DNA of 64,000 bases. It comes from Setoptus koraiensis (lineage: Eukaryota; Animalia; Arthropoda). Position numbers and translations under genes: made by a program. The DNA lies in the NCBI GenBank assembly GCA_048013815.1, contig CM106586.1, positions 9,672,001 to 9,736,000 of the forward strand. The letters are read 5' to 3'. Below the pieces are notes generated by a model, which was not told the origin of the DNA, did not search any database, and saw nothing but the letters and a program-made list of their open reading frames with translations. The stretch's first letter is position 1; each line of letters opens with the position of its first letter. This document shows positions 24,861 through 34,780 of this stretch, one piece after another.

Positions 24861-27800
24861 CAACTATCCTTCATTCTGCACCAAACCAACTCAAGTTTTT
24901 GATTCTCAGGGACCCTTGTTAGCATAACATAGAAGCCACCAAACTGTACCTAGTTTTCTACATATCAATTCAGTATTGATCACTGATAACAGTTCCCTGC
25001 TAATAGATCTCTGATAATAGATCTCCGAAAGGCCTTGATGCGTAAAATTTCCACGGTAGTCAATAGTATTATGCGTCTGCATTCGCTTGAACCAATCTAC
25101 TAACTGGTTTCCTGAAAGCCATGATGATGCTGATATTGTTGCCATAATACAACGCTTTTGTTCGTTTGCCACATGTCTCTATCAAGGACCGAGAACTTCA
25201 TGAAGACGGAGCACTAATGGATCGATCCTCGGTCGCGTATCGCAACTAGCTATTGTGTGATGTACTAACATTTGATTCATGACCCAAAATAAATGTGAAA
25301 GTTCGAATGACCAATGGGCATCTGCTAGGATAATGCAAACCTTTTTTCTGATGTTTATTGGCTCACGGGCATCTCACACTGACCGTACAAAAATTTCCTT
25401 TGGGCGTTGTTTTGCACCGCTCATCCTGCGTGAATTGTCATATGCAAATCGCAAACATTATTGCTACTGTTTTGTTGCATCATAATGACCGTCATGTTCC
25501 ATAAGTCTAACTCTGCTCGCGTGAATTCTTTCAAGCCTAACTAACTTGTTTCTCTCGTATTGTGTGGAGCTTCGGCTACATGAAACTACAGGCAGCATGA
25601 ACGCTATGTCGGCCAGTATCCATTTAGGGAGTCTGTTAACCTCGGGTTTGCATTTATATCAACTTAAATTTTTCATTTGAACCCAATGCATTGCCTCCTT
25701 CAATACCAATAGCTACTTTTCTAGTCTAGACTAAATATGTTTGCACTTCAAACTTTGTGACGAGTAGTAGAATGTGTGTGACATTTTTTTCTGGCTTAGT
25801 GGTCATTGTTTCCTTGGTTATAGCGGCACCAACAGAGACAGGATATGACGTGTGTATTCATGAAGAGCTAAAGAGACATAACACAATGAATAATGTATCC
25901 TGTTTCTGGATGCAAACTTATCTAACTAAGCAATAGCTACTATTGAGGGAAATAACGTAGTATTCCAACAAACAAGTAGCTTAATTCAATATTTATGAAA
26001 ATCATCAATTAAAATGAAAATAGTATTGATACTAATGAAGTGCAGAATGTAACAGTGACAGACATATTCAAGTAATATTCAATATTCAAGTAAGCCACTG
26101 CCATCGATCATGGTAAGTTGAATAGTCACTAGAGTTGGATAAATGTTTATTAATTGAATTCATAATACATATGAAGGCAGTGTGAATATTTTAATCGCCT
26201 ATAATATCATCATCGTTATGCTATCAAGTCTCCTTAAATGATATTTATGCATATGTCAGCAGAAGCAGCATTAGACTAGACGAAAACTAGGTTCACGCCA
26301 TCTTTTTATTTGCAAGATATTTATAATCTTGAAGACTGTCTGGTATAAGTGTAAGAGGATCCAATTTTTCACATTACCAAGGTAAGATACATAGCATACA
26401 TGAAATTGCTCAATTGCACTTTCGATGGAACATTAGATAGATTCCTGTTGTTCAAACATTAATGGTGGTGACTTGCGAACTTGACAATCGCTAGTTAGTG
26501 TATTTTTATTCCTTAGTTAGTGGTGATGTAAACAGCAAGCCCATAGTGTGCAAAGTCAAGTTCAAGTTCAATTATCAGCCTCAAGTTATTGTTAACGTTC
26601 AAGTTCAAGACCATTAGAGTTAACTCTAGTTAATGTCAAGCGACCCAATTATCGATGAATAATAATTCATGATTTTCTCGTTTTCTTTGGTGGACCATGT
26701 TGTACAAACAACATTCATAACGATGTTACGAATGAAACATCATTTATACTACTGGTGAGTGGTAACGGTTAATGGTTGTGCCGTTACAATCGTTAGTTTG
26801 TTTATGTGCATTTAATACGTCACGACGACGACGCGTATTTGTAATTTATTTGCTAAATGATTTTGTTATGTTGATCGTAGCTACCAATAGTGAAATTATC
26901 TCTAATTTAGTTAATTGAGAATAAATGTTCGCAAGTATCACCTGTACCTGTAATCATGTGTAGAGAGAGAACAAACACAACGATATAGACCATTCAGCAA
27001 GGAAACAAGTTGCGACAAAGCGACATGCTAATGAGTGGTGATAGATGGTTCATCGAGCAAATATTTATTTGGCATCATCAGTCGATTGGTTGGTGTCGTG
27101 ACGCGATGATGCAGTCGGTTACATGATTGTCATAGTCGCTCATGCAGTTCAAGTTCAAGATAAATCGACGTTCGTGTGTGTGTGTGTGACGCCATTTTGT
27201 ACAAGGTTTAGGGCCCGGAGTGTAAGGCCATTGGAAAACCCCGCTCGGTACAGTAGTTGCCAGTAATCTATATGGGACACAATTCGCAGTCAACAGTGCA
27301 CAATGAGTGATGGTGTGCGTAGAATTTTTGCGCGTATGTCTAACAGTATTGCAACTAAAGTATGGAATAAACTCTATTAAATAGGCAGTGTGAACGTATT
27401 GATACGAACGCCGTTCTATATGTTGCCAGCTAGTCTGGTCACAGTAATTGGATTGCATAGCAACACTTGCATGCCAACAGTTTTGCGTGTGTCGCCAAGT
27501 TACGGTTCAGTTGTGTCTGGTTGGCTGCTAGTTGGTTGTGACTCACAACTTGTGAGTTAGTTACGCGACTTACGTGTGCGATGGCCATCATCGCTGCGCC
27601 AGCAACATTGTTAGCAAGCCATCACATGCAGACAAAATTCGGTGCGCGCCTTGTAGCGAACTGTGCCGAGCTGTAGAGAACTGTAGCGAACTGTAGCGAC
27701 AAACTTGGCAACATGAGCACGCGTTGCATCGTGCTGACAACAATAATGGCGCCCATGGTAGCATACTGTACGGTGTAGAATTGTAGAACTTTTTGCCTCG

Positions 27801-28381
27801 CATGTTATTACACTGTGACGATTGTGTGTGTGTGTGTTTCGAGGGGGGGGGGCGTGCAACAACCATTGGCTCTTTCAAATCACATTCGCTTGTTGCGAGC
27901 TAACGAACTGCCGACCGGAGGAGCACATCAATTTACTAGCGCTACCATTTATGCATCATATATAAGAATTATGGATTCATGCAATTATCTGGCAATCGTA
28001 TTTCATAATATTATCGCCAAACAATATTATTTACACAGCTATGTTATGTTACCATCATTTGTCATTTGTTATCATTTGCTGTCTTATGGGGTATATTGCA
28101 ACAGTTGGTGCGAAGAGTCCATGGCATCGCAAATGTGCTGACCTTTGCATCAATGTTGACAGTGCACCCACATAGAAAAGTTCCAATCAAGTCGAACACA
28201 ACCTAAAACAATCAATTCCTTTTTGCAATCACCTATCTTCTCGCCCATTATGGAAAAACCAGCGACACACACACTCGAAGTTCCGACCACATTCAACTTA
28301 CGATAACCATTGCCTGGCATGAATCATCAACACAATATACGGGGATACTTCAGTAGTCAGTGATATCACAATACAGTGGCC

Positions 28382-29798
28382 ATGTATAGGACCATCAACA
28401 AATACTGTCTGCCCATGCTGGCGAATTGCACGCCCTACATCGAGTCCGACTTTGATGTATGTGTTAAAGAATTCTGTGCACAAAAGAGAGGCTCTCCGGC
28501 CCAACCGAACACAACAACGAACACAACAACAAACACAACAACAAACGCAACAACAAACACAACCACAACAACCACTACAACCACATCTACAACTACAACC
28601 GCAACACACAATCTAGTTAATCAACAACCCAACCCAGATAAGTTACAAACCAAGCTGGCCAGTTTTGAGGCCAACAAACCAACACCAGTGGACACAGTGG
28701 ACAAAGTTAATAATATTCAAAGCTCACTCCAATCAGATCAAGTATACACGCGCAGTGATTCCATTAATCAAATTAACACTTTGCATCCCGTGCAACAGCA
28801 ACAACCGAAGCATCATTACAGCAATCTGATCAAAATGCCCCACAGTTGTAAAGTCATTGTTACCGGCGATGTGGCCGTGGGAAAGACATCTCTCATTAAT
28901 AGATTTGGCTATGATGTCTACTCGTCACACTACAAAACTACCATTGGTGTCGATTTTGATGTGCAAAAATTTCAAATACTCGGAATGCCATACGTGCTTC
29001 AGGTAAGCTAACTCAGAATGTTAGATAAGATGACTATACTTTGATCATCGATTCACAAATAACCTCATCACTCTATTCTCGTATCCCTTTGTTATGTCCA
29101 CACTTGCATAGATCTGGGACACGGCTGGTCTAGAACGTTTCAAATGTATCACTTCCTCCTATTACAGAGGCTGCCAAGTGGCAATTATAGTATTTGACAT
29201 GTCCAACTTGGAGACGCTCAAGAATGCTATCAAGTGGCGGGACGAAATTTTAGAGTCTTGCCAGACATACGAGCAGCTGGTTATGGGAACAACACCTCCG
29301 TCGTCGGCCATGGAAGGTAAACCGGGCAACAGAGAAGACATCGATCAAAATGTACACTCGTTAACTGAAAAACACAACATTTATTTGCGGCATCAACAAC
29401 AAGCACTTATTCATCACAATTCACTACCTATTATTTTTTTGGTTGGCTCCAAAAGTGATCTGATCAGTGATATTAATCTGGAGTTTGTCACTCATCAAGC
29501 TAAAATAATTGCTAATAGAATGCAAGCTGAATTGTGGACTGTATCGGCGCAAAATGGTGACAACGTCACCGAATTATTCACTAGGATTGCCACTGTTTCA
29601 TTCAACAAGGCCGTCCTGAGAGAAATTGTTCTAGCAAAATATGAGGCCTCAACATTAGGTGTCTGTTTGAAGCAGAAAATAATCCAGCAACAACAGAAAG
29701 ACTTATGGAGTCAAGGAAAATTGATAAAAATTTCAAGGAAGAAAAAAAGTGACGATAAACGGGCCAAATGCATAAATATTCAATGTGTAATCAAATAA
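28382..29798 (+). CDS. RAB34: Rab34/Rab36-family small GTPase
   Basis: Exons 28382-29002 and 29112-29798 (GTAAGC...TAG intron, 109 nt). KVIVTGDVAVGKTSLINRF, TIGVDF..QKFQILGMPYVLQ|IWDTAGLERFKCI and VGSKSD are Rab34/36 signatures. Thr-rich N-terminal insert. Rab34 and Rab36 cannot be separated by eye. Confidence 0.85.
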
Positions 29799-30272
29799 CC
29801 CATACTTTATTTGACAGGCCTGATTAAAACCTCCAGATCGATATCTAAGTTTAATCACTGTCCTCGTGTTGAAATTACCGCTCAGTGTTTAGTTTATATT
29901 TGGGAACTTTGGGTTATTACAGGGACTCAAATTTTTACAATCCAAGGACCGATTGTCGTGGCGAAGGGGGACATGGATCACAGTAGATTTGGGTGTATCC
30001 CCTGGTACCTTTCCTCCCTTGGGATATTGAATTTATTCAAGGGAAGATACAAAAGTCAGAAAATTAACAAGATAAGATGATCAAAGTTACCCTAATCGTG
30101 TTTCCTCTTCTCTGACATAGCAGAGCTAGTATTTATTCATTCATTGAAGTCAGAATCAACACCATACATCGTTCGAAAGTAAAAATGATGATGAAACATC
30201 TGAGGAAGTAATGTCGAGGTAGTATTTGAGACAAATTTCAATTCTACCATCGCACCATCCGAGCCTAGACAC

Positions 30273-31028
30273 TCCAAACAGATTGCAATGCAACACTAAT
30301 CAAGATAGTGAGGGTATCAGCATCGACAATATCGGTGGTGTGTTCGTTATAATCTTTGTCGGAGTTATTATTTCATTTTTGGCTTTGGCAATTGAGCAGT
30401 GCTATCGTAAAAACAAATTCAATGACACTATTGAGACGACTGGCAAGTTTGATGGCAATGATCAAACAATTGTAGGTGACATGCAGACTCCTAATAGCAA
30501 ATGGAATAGCGATCTAGAGCCTCGAGAATTGTCATTCAAGGATCAACAGAGTGACCCGATCGTCAAGATCTCCACCTTGACAATTGACCATTCTCGTCCA
30601 GCATCTCCTGATTCTATTGATCGGCAAGTTTCAAAATCAATCATGGCTTTCACAAACTCAAACCATATAAACCAGGGCACCAAGATCGATCAAGCAAGAC
30701 CACAGTCGATTCAACAACACAATGGGTCAACAGAGAAGACGTTAGGTTGTTCAAGCCCTGTAATGCTCGACACAACAACCTTGAAAACTATTGGGCCAAA
30801 TGGGCTTCAAAATCGTAAAGTTACCTCAATAAGACCCATTAAATCAAGGTTGCCAAGACTGTCTGTTCAGACACAGACGGAGGGCTCTTTGGCCTTTTGA
30901 GATAAAGATTATGTTTAGCTGTCAACATACAAATCCAAGTAGAAAATCAGCATTTATTTTTATTGTTATGATATAAGAAAAACTGTAAAAAATTCCTTTT
31001 TGTCTTCTCCTCCTTTCTTTTCATCAAA
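30273..31028 (+). repeat. Inverted duplicate of the IR25a 3' end (coding tail plus 3' flank)
   Basis: 30273-30976 is the reverse complement of 34705-35408 (704 bp; both translate to the same PNRLQC...EGSLAF and no nucleotide difference was found in the stretches compared). A further ~50 bp is similar but diverged. The track ORF 30226-30900 is this fragment with a TTG start. Confidence 0.95.
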
Positions 31029-31040
31029 CTATGATCACAT

Positions 31041-32626
31041 CTAATCTCCAATTATGCTCATCAACTCTGGTATTATCATCCTCAATGGTGCAACGATCCT
31101 ACCTGTATTCATGCCAAAATTTTCCACTAGTTCCGAGTGAGAGTTTTTCAAAGAGTTCAGTTCTAGTTTAGTCAAACCTAGAAGATTTAGAATCGATTTC
31201 TCAGGGAATAAAGTCTCACATTGGGCAGATATATATGGCAGCAGTTCAGTGATGAAATGTATCGCCAATTGAGTCAATATGGGATGATTGGACTTGTAAT
31301 CGGAGCTTGACAATGTCGACAGGGCTTTTGACACTCGCAACAGAGATGAATTCAAAGCTTTGTGTACATCAATGAATAGAGCTAAATGTTTTGAGGCGAA
31401 TCCTTCCAGGTTGAGACTAACAGATTCAAGGAGATCGCAGCAGTAGTTCTTGAATATGGGGTAATCATCAAACGAGGCCGGTGGTTCAGTTAATACAGAA
31501 TTCCAAATGGACGATCTTTGTGTTTTGTTTTCTGTTGTCAGTCGATTAGTTAGAGACTCTATAGAAATGGATACAGATGTTGTAAATGCCAATTCGAATT
31601 TGACAGTCGCTTTTTCTATATTTGATTTGATGACCACCAACAATGCATCATTCAACAATGGCAATAATTGAGGTTCTAGGTCGTAACCTATAGCACCCAT
31701 CCTCTTAGTCATATTCATACATCGATCAAATATATCACATATGCAATTACTCCTTTGGTTGTTAGCTGCAAAAGTCAAGTAGTCCTTCAGCGACGATATA
31801 AACGAGGATAATTTCAACATGAGCCAGCTGTTTATTATTGATTTATCGTCCGTATCCCGATCCAATGTACTAAACTTTTGTAGTTGTCCTGGTACAATAG
31901 TGTCAGAATCGGCAAATATCTTTCCATAGTCATGAAGAATGGATGGCAAATTTTGATCGTAAGCATCTACCACACCAGCAAATGTTCCGTCAGTGGTTCT
32001 ATTTTCTAAGTTTTGCTCAAACCAGGCGTCTCTAGCAATCAAAAACTTGAGCCTTAAATCACGATCGCAAAAAATTCCGCAATTACGCAGAAGACCGACA
32101 GTATTAAGCATGTTCGGGTCAGACGAGTTCTCAATTGTTTCCAACTTTTTTGTCAAATTCAACACTATCTGCTCTCGCAGCTGAATCGCCTTGTTATAAG
32201 TTTCGGAGAACACTGGATGTTTCTCCCCATATCGCCTATTCAGATCTGTAACGAAATCCAGAATTTCCATAGCTCGTTCATAATGTTCTATATTGATACA
32301 ATCCTCCATATCTTGAGGCAATCTCAATATGAGGGATAGTTCCTTTTTCTTTTCCACTTCATCATCGTCCTTTGTGATGGTATTATCTTCAACAGCTGAA
32401 ACGTTGCTGGTATCTTTTGATTTGTCGTCAAGGAGTAAAGAGTCCAGGGTAGTCTCTATTTGACGAAACTAATATGATAGACAACAGAGAAAAACGTTAT
32501 TATTTTCAATCACGCCGAGCTATTCGATCTAGAATCATCACACTGGTAACAAACCTTTTGATCCAATTGGGGTGTGTCCTGGATACTTTGAAGTATCGCC
32601 TCAAAGTATGGTTCTTTTTTGTCCAT
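31041..32626 (-). CDS. COG8: Conserved oligomeric Golgi complex subunit 8
   Basis: Exons 32626-32555 and 32468-31041 (86-nt GT-AG intron, in frame). LRLPQDMEDCI..EHYERAMEI and DLRLKFLIARDAWF match the COG8/Dor1 pattern (LEIPQLMDTCVR.SYYEEALEL; ELRVKFLQARDAWL). Confidence 0.85.
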
Positions 32627-32676
32627 CTCTTTCTAGGTACTTGTGGACAAATTGAAGGCGAAGAACAGTTGTTACA

Positions 32677-33129
32677 CTATCGGTGTATGGCTTCGGACAA
32701 CTTCAACCACCTCAATGCTTGAACAGGTGTGTCGCTATCGGTGGGTACCTGGTCCCAGTTCCAATATGTGAAACTGTTGAAATTTTTCAAAACCTTTCTT
32801 TCTTCACTAGGTCGCTCAGATGATTTGGCTTCTATGACACTGCCAATGTAGCCCTCAGGAAGTTCAACAATTCTACCTTGAAGTGGCCTGCCCCGAAAAG
32901 AAGCGGTATACAGATGAGCAGAATTATTGTCCACAGCAGTTGTGTTATTATCTTTGATTTTGGGGTCTTGATCTCCGCTCGATATGGCCTCTGTCCTCTG
33001 TATGGTGGGAGTAAAATAGGTAGAAACTCTTGCCGTCTCGCAAGAACTATCAATCTTACAAGGCATAAAATGACATGTAGACAAAGTGGCTTCTGTCGAG
33101 TCAGAGTTTCCTAAATTGATAGATGACAT
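32677..33129 (-). CDS. RNASEH2C: Ribonuclease H2 subunit C
   Basis: 150-aa single exon with HFMPCKI, VSTYFTP, ASFRGRPLQG..VELPEGYIG, FTYWNWDQVP and ALRWLKLSEAIH, the RNase H2C signature set. Confidence 0.9.
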   Translation of the reverse strand: MSSINLGNSDSTEATLSTCHFMPCKIDSSCETARVSTYFTPTIQRTEAISSGDQDPKIKDNNTTAVDNNSAHLYTASFRGRPLQGRIVELPEGYIGSVIEAKSSERPSEERKVLKNFNSFTYWNWDQVPTDSDTPVQALRWLKLSEAIHR

Positions 33130-33647
33130 TTACACTCGTTTTACCAGTTTGAACAAAATAAATTGAGAATAATAGATATACTTGGCATTCATTGAATGGA
33201 TATAATAGCAAAGATGTGTTTTATTAGTCAGCTCAATCTACCAATCTGATATTGGATCAAGTTGTGAGTCGGTTCTCCTCTGTAATCAGCTGACTGCGAT
33301 GTCACGATGTTTATTGTGCACGTGAACTTGGCTTAAGTGTTTTTCTGCCTAAGCTTTCCGAGCTTTTCAATCTCGGGTTGAACATAACAACATATTCCTT
33401 TAAAATGTAACCCAATAATACTATGATCGGCTCATAATAACCGGTGTTTTCGTGAACATATCGTATATGTTAATGAAGTTGTTATCACCAATCAACGGAC
33501 GAACACCATTTGTTGCAAGCATGCTCACAAATGAATATTCATATGTGAATTTTTTCCAAGATGACAGTTCAAAGGTCTTTTTAGCGCTTTATTTTAATTA
33601 AGTAGCTATCGGGGTGGTTCTGGCAGATACGTTTATTCACGTGACTA

Positions 33648-34000
33648 TGTAATCCTATGGAGGTTTGACTTGGTCACATTTGTGAGAATCCTGCTAGACA
33701 TTGCACATGTATTTCTATGTAGATTTGACTTGGTCTATTATCGCTTCACTCGAAAATATTTCGTATGCAATCCAATGGAGATTTGACTAGATCACATTTG
33801 TGAGGAGTTCGGTGGTGACAATTCGAAGTTCGGTGGTCACATTTCGAACTTCGAACTTCGAAATTGAAAATTCGAATTTTTGATGATAGTTTCAGCTGCT
33901 CTGTCGAAGTTCGATGGTCAGAGTTCGGTGGTCAGAGTTCGATGGTCACAATCTGAACTTCGAAATTCGAAATTGAAAATTTGAATTTCCGATGATAGTT
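33648..34000. repeat. Degenerate tandem repeats upstream of the HLH-like ORF
   Basis: Three ~59-bp units (core GATTTGACTTGGTCACATTTGTGAG; starts 33648, 33708, 33766), then two ~100-bp units rich in GTTCGGTGGTCA and TTCGAA. Confidence 0.7.
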
Positions 34001-34066
34001 TCACGAATCATGTTGATCAGTCTTTTTATAGTCCAGCTCAAGAACTCAAGCAAAAAAAAAGTAATA

Positions 34067-34345
34067 ATGGAGCACCAAAAAACAAGACAAGAAATAAAAA
34101 AAGAAGCTCATAAAAGAGCAAAAGAAGAAATTATTAGTGTCCTCCCAAAGAAGTCGGAGTCGGAGCAGGAATGGAGTGAGACAGAGATCTATCAGCTATC
34201 ATCAGCCTATATTAAGCTACTACACGCCGTCATCAGAAGTGGCAAACGCCCGGAGGCATATTTCGAGAGCGTCCCCGACGAAATACTGCCACAACCATTT
34301 TCGCTTCAGGATCTGAGGATGCGTCTGAAAAAAAGAGGCGTATAA
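34067..34345 (+). CDS. Small helix-loop-helix-like protein with a degenerate basic region
   Basis: 92 aa from ATG 34067. IISVLP...WSETEIYQLSSAYIKLL resembles bHLH helix1-LP and helix-2 (KLSKxEILxLAxxYIxxL). AATAAA hexamers lie downstream at 34717 and 34723. An upstream exon via the TAG at ~34031 is possible. Confidence 0.45.
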   Translation: MEHQKTRQEIKKEAHKRAKEEIISVLPKKSESEQEWSETEIYQLSSAYIKLLHAVIRSGKRPEAYFESVPDEILPQPFSLQDLRMRLKKRGV

Positions 34346-34780
34346 AAATTTCGTCACAGTTTGAACGCACAATTAGCACTGTCAAAGGCACATAACTGTA
34401 AATCCAGATGGTTATATCCGACATGTTATCACATACTCGCTTCTATATTCCAATCATACTTGTCCATCCAAAAAATTAAGCGCTCGAAATACTGATTTGA
34501 TCAGTATTACTTGTTTCATGTGACATCATCAACTCCTAAGATTCTATTAAACATGTTCATGAACAGGCAGTAAAGCTTCTGCAAATCTATACTCTGAAAT
34601 GCTGAAGATGATCGAGGCGACCAATTTCTAGAACTGAAAGACTCTGATGAATATTTGATTAAAAGAAAGGAGAAGAAGACAAAAGAGAATTTTACACAGC
34701 TTTTTTATATCATAACAATAAAAATAAATGCTGATTTTCTACTTGGATTTGTATGTTGACAGCTAAACATAATCTTTATC

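Noticed and set aside
30226-30900. 224-aa ORF as an independent gene
   Set aside because: TTG start with 16 unrelated codons fused to the duplicated IR25a tail; no ATG or signal peptide. Treated as part of the inverted repeat.
33786-33806. TGACTAGATC resembling the miR-279 family 5' end
   Set aside because: It is a variant of the local tandem-repeat unit (other copies read TGACTTGGTC), and no complementary arm for a pre-miRNA hairpin is present.
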